Shown: positions 23,392-32,060, numbered from the stretch's first letter. The stretch: 64,000 bases of DNA from an uncultured Planctomycetaceae bacterium (GCA_963815195.1 CAWFGE010000020.1:96001-160000), one strand, 5' to 3'. Numbers and translations: made by a program. The notes: a model not told the origin generated them from the sequence alone.

Positions 23392-25560
23392 TTACCGCCC
23401 GTGGAAGTGGAGCAAATCGAGAAAATGTTGGGAGCCGAACAACTGCTCCCAGGGGTCGGCCCGGTGCTCCCCGCCTTCGCCGCGATCCACAATGACCGGA
23501 AGGTCCACCTCGTCGGCCACGTCGACCTCATCGTCGCCCTGGCCGGTCTGGATTTCGATCCGCTCGATCTGGCTGAATTGGATCACGAGCCCGTTGACCG
23601 TAACCTCGTTCGGAGTCACGCCGATCACGTCCTCGCCATGCGTGCCCTCGATTCGCAAAACATCGCCGCGGCCGGAACCGCCGTTGACGACGATCCCGCC
23701 GGGAAGCAAGTCGCCGGCGATGGACTCGATCGCGATGTGGTTCGGCGTCCGGTCCGAGCCGTCGAGAATCAACTGCTGGACGGTGCCCAACGATTGGCTG
23801 GCAATCACGCGGCCGTTGTGACCCTCCACGACTTGAAGTTCACCATCGGCGACCCGCACGGTCACATTGGAAGCATGCGAAGCGGCGAGATCGACATAGA
23901 GCACCGACGCGTCGAAGAACACGTTCGGCTGCAGGTCTTGGATGCCCGTGTTTCGCTCGATGACATCGGCCAGGGTTGTGCTTTCCAGTTCCGCGAGTTG
24001 TTCGCCGTGGAAGACGTTTTGATACCAGAAGCGGTCGCCGTCGCGGAGCCGCTCGAACTGGTCGGTGATGATCGTGCTGAACGTTTCGCCCATGCTGGAG
24101 CCGGGCAGGTGGTCTTCCGCCAGGCCTCCGACCCAGAGGTCGATGTCGTCCACGCTGCCGTACATCGATGCCAGCCCCTCGACGACATGCGGATCGGACG
24201 AGACGTCGGAAAAACTCGTCACCCGCGGAAGCCCGATCCATTGCCGGGTGTCGTTGTAGCTGGAAAGGCCGTGATCGCGGCCGCGCTGAATGTTGAGAGC
24301 CGCGAGGTCGAACCCGCCTGCGCCGGGAGGTCCGAACAAGAAGTTCCGCACGTCATCGACGACCTGCGTGTCGATTTCCTGGGCGATCGTGGTCGTCATC
24401 CCGCGAAGCAACGGATCGATGCCGTTGCCCGTCCCTTGGCTGGGATCGTAAATCTCACCGGGATTGAAAAACGCGTTTTGCAGGCTGAGGTTGCCCGCAT
24501 CGATCACATCCCCCTCCGCATCCCGCCGCGAGAGTTCGGACGAAAGCATGCTGTGCCCGAAGCGGTAGGCCGCGGTGGAGAACTCGTTGGCGATATCGGG
24601 ATTCACATCGGGGTCGTAGCCCTGGTAAGGGCCGATCGCGTCGAATCCCAGCAAAGCCGGCAGGTATTCGTTGTAAGTGATGGCCTGGATTTCCGCCCGC
24701 ACGATGGCGCGGGTTTGTTGAAAGATTTGCTCGTCGGTCAGGTTCGGATATTGGGCGGAAATCTCGTCGGCGATGCGGTTGTGCTCGCGCACCCAGAGCG
24801 TGTGCATCGAGGTGAGCGCCACGTTTTCGTTCGCCCGCACATCGCCCGAGAGGAACAATTGGTCCGGGGTTTGGAACGGCTGGCTGGCGTTGGGAAAAAT
24901 GATGTTCCCGCTGTTGTTGCCGTCATTGAAAGGCAGCAAATCGCCGACGCTGGTGTCCTGCATTCTCAGTCGGCCGCCTTCGTGCGATCGCAAAGCATCC
25001 GTCCGGACCGGGTCGGAACCGTAGATCGTCGAACCGTCGATGAAGGCGGTGATCTCGTTGATCTGCTGGCGGACGCCGTTGTCCATCATATAAATCGAGC
25101 GATTGAGACCGATCGTTTGCGAGCCGTCCACATCGAAATACGGATCGCCGGCGGGAACAGAAATCGGCATTGGCTCCGCGGGCGACGCGCCTTCGGTAAG
25201 GTCGATGTCGTGATCGACGAACTGCCCCCACAGCCAGAGGATGTCCGTCAAGTTGCGGTCGTTGGACTTGGGTTCGTGGGCGGTCGCCATCGCATTGCTG
25301 ACGGTCCGGGCGCTCAGACGATCCGAACCGGCCGGCATGCCCGAGTCGTCGGCATAATTCTCCGGGGCCAGCCGCAAAAGCATTTCGTCCGTGCTGCCCC
25401 ACTCCGGATGGTCGAGGTTGTTCCCCATGCCGTCGATGGCCGGGACCTCGCCCGCGAGAAAACCGGGGTTCGTCAACAGTGTACGGGGTTCACAGATTTC
25501 GACTATGGCCGGAAATGGTGGCCTTTGCCGACGGGATTTGGGGGCGCTGGTGAATCGCAT
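23392..25560 (-). CDS. Animal-type haem peroxidase (peroxidase-cyclooxygenase superfamily) with LEPR-xLL-like N-terminus
   Basis: IDGMGNNL, WGQFVDHD, TAFIDGSTIYG, GDVRANE, REHN, YRFGHS, DLAALNIQRGRDHG, RDGDRFWY; EICEPRTLLT leader. Confidence 0.93.
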   Translation of the reverse strand: MRFTSAPKSRRQRPPFPAIVEICEPRTLLTNPGFLAGEVPAIDGMGNNLDHPEWGSTDEMLLRLAPENYADDSGMPAGSDRLSARTVSNAMATAHEPKSNDRNLTDILWLWGQFVDHDIDLTEGASPAEPMPISVPAGDPYFDVDGSQTIGLNRSIYMMDNGVRQQINEITAFIDGSTIYGSDPVRTDALRSHEGGRLRMQDTSVGDLLPFNDGNNSGNIIFPNASQPFQTPDQLFLSGDVRANENVALTSMHTLWVREHNRIADEISAQYPNLTDEQIFQQTRAIVRAEIQAITYNEYLPALLGFDAIGPYQGYDPDVNPDIANEFSTAAYRFGHSMLSSELSRRDAEGDVIDAGNLSLQNAFFNPGEIYDPSQGTGNGIDPLLRGMTTTIAQEIDTQVVDDVRNFLFGPPGAGGFDLAALNIQRGRDHGLSSYNDTRQWIGLPRVTSFSDVSSDPHVVEGLASMYGSVDDIDLWVGGLAEDHLPGSSMGETFSTIITDQFERLRDGDRFWYQNVFHGEQLAELESTTLADVIERNTGIQDLQPNVFFDASVLYVDLAASHASNVTVRVADGELQVVEGHNGRVIASQSLGTVQQLILDGSDRTPNHIAIESIAGDLLPGGIVVNGGSGRGDVLRIEGTHGEDVIGVTPNEVTVNGLVIQFSQIERIEIQTGQGDDEVDVADEVDLPVIVDRGEGGEHRADPWEQLFGSQHFLDLLHFHGR

Positions 25561-25795
25561 GGGGACTCCTTATGGAAAATCGGGGCGCTCGATGCGTCGT
25601 GGTCCTCCTAACCTGCGACGTGGAAACTCGGAAAAAACTCAGTATGGATCCAATGAACACCCCCAGATGGCGTTCCGGGAACCCATGAGGGATCATTTTA
25701 CAGCGGCGGCCGAATCGGACAGAATAAAAAAACGCGAAATGTCGCGAAATTCCACTGGAAATTTTTGAGATTCCACGCCAGAAGGGAAATCAGCC

Positions 25796-26827
25796 ATGTC
25801 GGAACAGCAAAGCGGGCAGAAAAGCGAGTCGGGTTTGGATCGGCGGGAGCTGCTGGCTTACTCGGCCGCGTTCGGGTCCGCGTTCCTGGCGGCCCAGGGA
25901 TTGCTGAAGGCCGAAGATTCCCAACCCAAACCGCAGCCCAAACCCCAGGGAAAAACCTATCCCTTCAAAAAATCCATCAACCTCTGGGCGTTTCCGTATC
26001 CCGACCAGATGACGTTAAAGGAAACTTTGCAACTCGCCAAGGACGCCGGGTTCGACGGCGTGGAGCTCAACTACAACCTGGAAGGCGACCTCTCGCCCGA
26101 AGCCAGCGAAGCCGACCTCAAAAACATCCGCAAAATGGCCGACGGCCTCGGGATCGAGATCAGCGGCCTGTGCTCGTTTTTGTTCTGGCCCTATTCCCTG
26201 ACCAGTGGCGACCCCGACCGCCGCAAGAAAGGCCGGGAACTCGCGCGGAAGATGATCGAAGCCGCCGGGACGCTCGGCACCAAGAACCTGCTTGTGGTGC
26301 CGGGGGCGGTTTACATCCCCTGGGCCCCGGAACCCGAACCGGTCCCCAACGATGTCTGCCACCGCCGGGCCACCGAGGCGATTCGCGAAGTGCTCCCGCT
26401 CGCCGAGAAAGCCGGCGTCTCGATCAATATCGAAAACATCTTCGCCAACGGGTTCCTCTTAAGCCCCCGCGAGATGAACGATTTCGTCGACGGCTTTAAG
26501 CACGACTCCGTCGGCGTGCACTTCGACACGGGGAACATCATGCAGTTCCAATTCCCGGAACATTGGATCGCGCAATGCGGCCGGCGGATCCGAAACGTGC
26601 ACCTCAAGGAATACAGCAAACGCGCCGGCACCGCCTTCACGCTCGATTCCTTCCACCCGCTCCTCGACGGCACCACCAACTGGCCCGCGGTCATGGAAGC
26701 CTTCGACAAAATCGGCTACAAGGGCTACCTCACCTTCGAAATCTTCTCCTACAACACCGACTACCCCGAACCCTTGATCTACCACTGCTCGAACGCAATG
26801 GACTACATGCTGGGGCGGAAATCGTGA
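25796..26827 (+). CDS. Tat-exported sugar-phosphate isomerase/epimerase (xylose-isomerase-like TIM barrel)
   Basis: DRRELL Tat motif, GFDGVEL, IENI, HFDTGN, VHLKE, LTFE. Confidence 0.88.
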   Translation: MSEQQSGQKSESGLDRRELLAYSAAFGSAFLAAQGLLKAEDSQPKPQPKPQGKTYPFKKSINLWAFPYPDQMTLKETLQLAKDAGFDGVELNYNLEGDLSPEASEADLKNIRKMADGLGIEISGLCSFLFWPYSLTSGDPDRRKKGRELARKMIEAAGTLGTKNLLVVPGAVYIPWAPEPEPVPNDVCHRRATEAIREVLPLAEKAGVSINIENIFANGFLLSPREMNDFVDGFKHDSVGVHFDTGNIMQFQFPEHWIAQCGRRIRNVHLKEYSKRAGTAFTLDSFHPLLDGTTNWPAVMEAFDKIGYKGYLTFEIFSYNTDYPEPLIYHCSNAMDYMLGRKS

Positions 26828-26844
26828 AAGCGTCGGGCAACATC

Positions 26845-26913
26845 GCAGGGCCGGGTCCGCCGGCCTTTTGTTTCTGGTGACGACGATTTCTCTCGCACCA
26901 ACCGCCGGCACAG
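26845..26913. repeat. Degenerate inverted half-copy of REPIN B
   Basis: GCAGGGCCGGGTCCGCCGGCCTTTTGTTTCTGGTGACGACGATTTCTCTCGCACCAA resembles the reverse complement of the right part of 28103-28235. Confidence 0.72.
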
Positions 26914-26928
26914 CATGTACGACTGCAC

Positions 26929-27606
26929 TTACTTGGTGAAGAAGCTTTTGATCTCATCGTCTCGCTCCGCCAACTCGCGCAGGCTCTCCTTATCAATTTC
27001 CAACTGCTCGAGGTTGCGGTTCAATTGTTTGATTCGCCATGAGTTTCCATCAGCCGTCGCGAGAAACAGCCCCCCTTTTCCGAGATCATACGATTGCCCG
27101 GCGATGGTCGCTGTTCCCGTTTTGCCGTCGCCGGATTTAACAGCGAACTTCAGAACCGCTCCGTCCGAGCCGACCATTTTCCCCGTGCAGGAAATGCCCT
27201 GCCGATTGCTGCTTGTGCTGCCGCCTCCTCCGTTGGGCAAGTCGCTCCAAAGCACGAAAAGTTTTCCCAGGTGATAAACGGTGCCCTGATCGAAATCGGA
27301 TGGGGAGGGATTGTTCTCGGACCAGGTGACAATGCCGCTCGGACCGCCGACGTCGGGAAGAGAAGCGTCCTCAAATCGTTGAGCCCCGCAACCGATCGCG
27401 GCGGGGTGGCATGCTCATGGCTCTGCATGAGCATGCGATATGATCAACCTTGGATTACTTGGAATCGAAAGACACGCGACTTCAACCAGTGAAAACACTC
27501 GCCTTGTTGCTTCCTTGACCTTTGGAAGACATGCTCATGCAAAGCCATGAGCATGCCACCCGGCCGTCAACCCGAATGTCTTGAACCGCACGGTCCCAGA
27601 GAGCAT
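26929..27606 (-). pseudogene. Hypothetical lipoprotein split inside its signal peptide by REPIN A
   Basis: AAGGA RBS + MLSGTVRFKTFGLTA (27606-27562), then the element, then AAIGC lipobox (27402-27388) in an open frame to the stop at 26929. Confidence 0.7.
27404..27561. mobile_element. REPIN-like element A (158 bp, 32-bp terminal inverted REPs)
   Basis: GGGTGGCATGCTCATGGCTCTGCATGAGCATG (27404-27435) and its reverse complement with 1 mismatch (27530-27561); each arm is itself a hairpin. Confidence 0.85.
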
Positions 27607-27666
27607 GCGTCAACAAATCCTTGATTCAATCTCGACGGCGACCGGCAGAAGGGCTTACTCAGCACA

Positions 27667-28101
27667 ATGACAATCCACGGATTCACATTACCCGCTCTTC
27701 TTGAGTCGCATCTGAAGTCAGGTGGCCGTAAACTGTCGGAGAGCGAACTAGCCCACCTGAAGGCTCTGTTGACTCACATCGAAAGTCCCCGCCCCAGGCT
27801 TTGGGGTTATGAACAGATCGTGTCTCAGCACAAACTCTGGGGTTCCTCTGCGGCAACACATTACCTGGGAACGGAAGGCAAGGGTTTATTGCCGGGACGG
27901 ATCGACCCGAAACGCATCTTGATTATTGGCGAGGCTGACGAGGACAGTCCGATTGCACTCGACTATCGTACCGATAATCCACGAGTCGTCTATCTTGGTG
28001 GTATCGGGCCTCACTCTGTCTGGATTGAGTTGGCGTCAAGCTACGAAGGACTGCTAGAAAAGCTCGCAGGAGTCCTTGAGAGCCACCAGGACTCACAGTG
28101 A
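27667..28101 (+). CDS. SMI1/KNR4 (SUKH)-like immunity protein
   Basis: C-terminal pattern IALDYR..PRVVYL..WIELASSYEGLLEKL; 144 aa; stop codon lies in the CAGTGA edge of element B. Confidence 0.65.
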   Translation: MTIHGFTLPALLESHLKSGGRKLSESELAHLKALLTHIESPRPRLWGYEQIVSQHKLWGSSAATHYLGTEGKGLLPGRIDPKRILIIGEADEDSPIALDYRTDNPRVVYLGGIGPHSVWIELASSYEGLLEKLAGVLESHQDSQ

Positions 28102-28241
28102 CGTAGGGCCGGCTGTGCCGGCCTTTTCGACGAAGGGAATCATACTTATGCCCAATTGGCGGCTGGGTGTGCCGGCCATTTGGTGCGAGAAAAATCGTTG
28201 TGTCAAAAACAAAAGGCCGGCACAGCCGGCCCTACTCGGCT
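28096..28241. mobile_element. REPIN-like element B, copy 1 (146 bp)
   Basis: CAGTGAC-GTAGGGCCGGCTGTGCCGGCCTTT...AAAGGCCGGCACAGCCGGCCCTAC-TCGGCT; three copies differing by at most one base seen. Confidence 0.9.
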
Positions 28242-28499
28242 ACAAGATCCGTCATTGAAGCGGCTGCGAGAGGTGGATTCAACATTAATGGAGCGAATAA
28301 CGGAGTAAATCTGTTATTAGCCGTTCATCGTCAGGGCGCACGACATCCAAGATTTAATGCAGCGGTCATGCGGCTTATACGTAACCTCGGTAGACGCAAT
28401 TTGAGCGACGTGGAAACTGCTAGAGCCTCGCAGTCCATCGCGGATCGCCTTCGTCCAGGACTTGAGCGGTTGAATCAGACTTTGCAACCACTAAGATAA
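28242..28499 (+). pseudogene. Orphan C-terminal fragment of AHH-type (HNH/EndoVII) nuclease toxin
   Basis: GFNINGANNGVNL...H..GARHPRFNAAV; the N-terminal AHH motif is missing, cut at the element B edge. Confidence 0.65.
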
Positions 28500-28554
28500 T
28501 GGTTTGGCCCTCACTTGATCTGTTGCTATATGTTTTCAGAAAGGTATGTGCAGA

Positions 28555-29139
28555 ATGAGTATGCTCAACGAGCCAGACTGGCATGCAGCTGAATCTGTCT
28601 TAATTAACGAGGCAAAAAAAACTATAGAAGATTATGTAAGTAATTATGGCAATGAAGTCTGCTCATTCTTTGCTTTCAGCACGGATTATTGTTTCGGAGA
28701 TGTAGCAATTTGTTTTGATACCCTCGATAACAGTCTGCTGTATGCAAAGCGTCACGATCGCCACGTTTTGAAAACGCGAGCATCCGTTTTTCAAACACCG
28801 AACGGTTGGTTAACGGCTCGGGACGTCCTTTTGCATTCCAAACTATGTACTTATAACCCGCAGACGGCGGATTTTAAGTACGCCACTTTTGCTTCGTTGC
28901 GACTGCCTGATTGGGAGGATTTTTTTTGCAGTGGCGAACTGCCAGAGCAGCCTGATCCAGTAGGAAATGTTATAGTGGTCTTGCATAATGTAATCGAGGA
29001 GTTGATAGCATTCCACAGCTTCGATGCGCTGAGGATGTCCGCTCCGTTCAGAGTAGGTATTGAGTTTCCAAGAGATGATTTTGGGTTGGTCGTTATGAGG
29101 TTGTTAAATTGGCCTTCCCATGAAGGTCCAAGAGTCTAG
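28555..29139 (+). CDS. Putative immunity protein (DUF4303-like)
   Basis: Acidic ~194-aa ORF right after the AHH tip; N-terminal helix followed by E.CSFFAF strand pattern; AT-richer than backbone. Confidence 0.55.
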   Translation: MSMLNEPDWHAAESVLINEAKKTIEDYVSNYGNEVCSFFAFSTDYCFGDVAICFDTLDNSLLYAKRHDRHVLKTRASVFQTPNGWLTARDVLLHSKLCTYNPQTADFKYATFASLRLPDWEDFFCSGELPEQPDPVGNVIVVLHNVIEELIAFHSFDALRMSAPFRVGIEFPRDDFGLVVMRLLNWPSHEGPRV

Positions 29140-29292
29140 CTCGTGTATGGAAGATTTCACTCGCAAAAAGCCAAGGAATACATCAAGGCTCTGACGAAAT
29201 GGCTAGGGGAAAATCCAAATGCATCACATAATGACCGCTTGGTTGCCCAAAGCCTGCTGGATGACCTCAAGGCTGCTCTTGGAGGAAATTGA
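29140..29292 (+). pseudogene. Second orphan polymorphic-toxin C-terminal tip (not in ORF track)
   Basis: Hand translation LVYGRFHSQKAKEYIKALTKWLGENPNASHNDRLVAQSLLDDLKAALGGN*; resembles Rhs/CdiA-type C-termini; stop 1 nt before the next GTG. Confidence 0.6.
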
Positions 29293-29293
29293 C

Positions 29294-29626
29294 GTGAAAG
29301 ACAAATCTCAAGACTTCTGCGAAGAGCTTGTTCGTCGATTTGACGACCTTGCTCCAATGTTGCAGGAACATATCGAAGACAATGATGAAATCCTTCCGCA
29401 TGTATTTATGGGGGACATCACACGATATGTTCTTTCTGATGGTTTGCAGCGGCAAGAACTTGTGCGTTGTCTCGACGACGCCTTGAGGAAAGGAGGTGAG
29501 GAGATTCAGAACCTGATTGCCGTTTCCTTCGTGGAGAATCTTGAAAGTGACGAAGAATTGGAGCGTGCATTGCGAAACGTTCAGGCAGACGCAATGCGTG
29601 AAGAATGGCGTCGTCAACGTACTTAG
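29294..29626 (+). CDS. Putative immunity protein (DUF7674-like, all-helical)
   Basis: GGAGG at 29281, GTG start; EHIEDNDEILPHVFMGD...IAVSFVENL; coupled to the upstream toxin tip. Confidence 0.62.
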   Translation: MKDKSQDFCEELVRRFDDLAPMLQEHIEDNDEILPHVFMGDITRYVLSDGLQRQELVRCLDDALRKGGEEIQNLIAVSFVENLESDEELERALRNVQADAMREEWRRQRT

Positions 29627-29712
29627 TGGCATGCTCATGGCTCTGCATGAGCATGCGATATGATCAACCTTGGATTACTTGGAATCGAAAGACACGCGAC
29701 TTCAACCAGTGA
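29626..29712. mobile_element. Truncated copy of REPIN A fused to element B
   Basis: 87 bp identical to 27406-27492, ending at the CAGTGA that also begins B copy 2. Confidence 0.88.
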
Positions 29713-29852
29713 CGTAGGGCCGGCTGTGCCGGCCTTTTCGTCGAAGGGAATCATACTTATGCCCAATTGGCGGCTGGGTGTGCCGGCCATTTGGTGCGAG
29801 AAAAATCGTTGTGTCAAAAACAAAAGGCCGGCACAGCCGGCCCTACTCGGCT
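29707..29852. mobile_element. REPIN-like element B, copy 2
   Basis: Same 146-bp unit; TTTTCGTCGAAG instead of TTTTCGACGAAG. Confidence 0.9.
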
Positions 29853-30030
29853 TTGCCATGCTTTCAGTCATCCTTGAAGACAGTGATTCATGGAGGCGGT
29901 TATAAAGTGATCCGTGCCCGCCGTGACGAACACGCTCTTCTCAGGCACGACCACCGGATAGCCGAATGAGTCGTCCCGAACCAGACCGGCGAAGGGCTTC
30001 ACCCGCTTGCAGAGAGCGTCGTCGTTTGCG

Positions 30031-30176
30031 CAGTGACGTAGGGCCGGCTGTGCCGGCCTTTTCGACGAAGGGAATCATACTTATGCCCAATTGGCGGCTG
30101 GGTGTGCCGGCCATTTGGTGCGAGAAAAATCGTTGTGTCAAAAACAAAAGGCCGGCACAGCCGGCCCTACTCGGCT
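30031..30176. mobile_element. REPIN-like element B, copy 3
   Basis: Same 146-bp unit; last base overlaps the stop codon of the convergent methyltransferase. Confidence 0.9.
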
Positions 30177-31287
30177 TAATGCTTCCGGCAGATGTAGTAG
30201 TTGTTCATGATGTCGTGGTCGAGCGTGCGGACGACGACGTTTCCAAATCCGGCGTCCTCAAACATCTTCAGCGCCAGCTCTTCCCCCCAGCACGTGCCCA
30301 GCCCGCACCCGGAGTGGGCCAGCGAGACCGTCATGCAGTGCATCGTCGAGATCGTGTAGAGAAACGGTGCGACCGGGTGGTCGAGATTTTTCTCGACGTG
30401 GCTTGACGAGCGAATGTCCTGCGCGAGGAACAGCCCGTCCTCCTTGAGCGCCCGGTGGATGCCGGCGAGCATCGCGTGCGGATCGATCTGGTCGTGAATC
30501 GCATCGAAAGTGAAGATCACATCGAAGCGCTGCTCGTCATCGAGCTTCGCCGCGTCGCGGATCTCAAAGCGAACGTTGGCCAGCCCGCGCCGCTTCGCCT
30601 CGGCATTGGCCCATTCGATCGCCTCCTGGGAGAAGTCATAACCCACGAAACGGGACTGGGGAAAACGCTCTGCCAAGTGCATCAGTGCCAAACCTCGGCC
30701 GCAGCCGACGTCGACCGCCTCAATGCCCCGTTCGAGCGACTCGACCAGCCCTTCCACCAGCGGCAGGATGTGGTCATCGAGCGCCGCCACCACCGTTTGG
30801 AACGACTCTTCGGCCATGATCTCGTGAAACCGATCGAACTTCTCGTAAGGCACGCCGCCGCCGTTGTGGAAGCAGTCGAGCACGTGGTCTTCGATCTTCC
30901 CGAACATCGACATGAATTGCATGACACCCGCCAGGTTGTTGGGCGCCGCTTCGCGGGTCAGCCAGGCGGCGTGCTCGGCCGGCAAGTGGTAGCTGCGCGT
31001 GGCCGGGTCGTAGTCGATCACACGGCCGGTGACCAGGGCTCCCAGCCATTCGCGGACGTACGCGCTCGTCGAGCCCCGCCTCGTCGGCAATCTCGTGCGT
31101 GGTGGCGGGGCGATTCAGCCGCTTCAGCGTATCGAGCAGCCCGGTGCGGTGGCCGATGCTGAGCATGAACGTGAGCGAGGCCTCGTTGAGCATGCCGACC
31201 ACGCGCTCGCCAAACGCTTCGTGCCGTGCGGCGTCGAATTCGGCGGTTTCGGTGGCGGAAGAAGTGGCGGAGGTGAGGCTGAGACAT
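30176..31287 (-). CDS. Class I SAM-dependent methyltransferase with N-terminal wHTH (Rv2258c-like); frameshifts near 31270 and 31065
   Basis: SIGHRTGL, GLDER/YVREWL, GGGVPY, VDVGCGRG, FDAIHD, ISTMHCMTVSLA, GLGTCWGE. Confidence 0.85.
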
Positions 31288-31407
31288 GGAGATTTCCTTC
31301 CGGTTCTTAAAATTTCGCGCTACAATCAACCGGCGGTTCTGAGGCCGCCGCATCCGGTGCATTGACGCGATGCGGTAAGATTACGGCCGGTTGCGGGAGA
31401 TAGACAA

Positions 31408-31443
31408 TTGACTTGGGGTCAAGTTCGGTTGACTTGTGGTCAA
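31408..31443. promoter_or_regulatory. Tandem TetR-type operators TTGAC-N5-GTCAA
   Basis: TTGACTTGGGGTCAA (31408-31422) and TTGACTTGTGGTCAA (31429-31443), 21 bp apart, between divergent genes. Confidence 0.75.
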
Positions 31444-31481
31444 GTCCACGGACCCCCCATTAATCTCAGGGAAGTTTTCTC

Positions 31482-32060
31482 ATGCCAGCACTCTCAACAC
31501 GCGAAAAGCTCATCCAAGCCGGACATGAAATCTTCTATCGCGAGGGATTTCTGACGGTCGGGCTCGATCGCCTGCTCAACGAAGTCGGCTGCTCGAAGCA
31601 GACCTTTTACAACCACTTTGAGAGCAAAGACGATCTGATCGTCGCCGTGATCGACGAACATCACCGCTGGTGGAGTCGCGAACTTCGCGACCGCATCCAG
31701 CGGGCCGCCGGCCCCGATCCCCGCGGGCAGATTCTGGCGATGTTCGATGTCATCGAGGAAATCATGCATGAGCCGGAGTATCGCGGCTGCATCTACATCA
31801 ATGCCGCGGTCGAGTTCCCCCAACCGCACCACCCGGCCCATCAGTCGGCTCGCAAGGCAAAAGCCGACGCCATTTCGCTGCTTGAGGATCTCGCCGAGCG
31901 GGCGGGCGCATCGGATCCGCTGGCGTTGGCCCAGGAGATCGACATGATCATCGAGGGCGCACTCATTACCCACCAAATCTTCCCGGATTGCGACGTCTGC
32001 GCTGTTGCGCGTCGCGTCGCCGAAACGCTGCTGGAAAAGTACCTGGCTGCCACGGCCTGA
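31482..32060 (+). CDS. TetR/AcrR family regulator
   Basis: FYREGF..VGLDRLLNEVGCSKQTFYNHFESKDDL; GCIYINAAVEFP. Confidence 0.92.
   Translation: MPALSTREKLIQAGHEIFYREGFLTVGLDRLLNEVGCSKQTFYNHFESKDDLIVAVIDEHHRWWSRELRDRIQRAAGPDPRGQILAMFDVIEEIMHEPEYRGCIYINAAVEFPQPHHPAHQSARKAKADAISLLEDLAERAGASDPLALAQEIDMIIEGALITHQIFPDCDVCAVARRVAETLLEKYLAATA

Noticed and set aside
23260..25611. 783-aa plus-strand ORF
   Set aside because: Antisense shadow of the haem peroxidase in GC-rich DNA; no motifs
28096..30176. CRISPR array
   Set aside because: Repeats are 146 bp with inserts of 178-1465 bp; no cas genes; GTAG hairpin structure is REP-like
27404..30176. Integron attC cassette array
   Set aside because: No RYYYAAC/GTTRRRY core sites at the element ends and no intI in the window
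28076..30406. Three paralogous small ORFs containing MPNWRLGVPAIWCEK
   Set aside because: They are translations of element B, not independent genes
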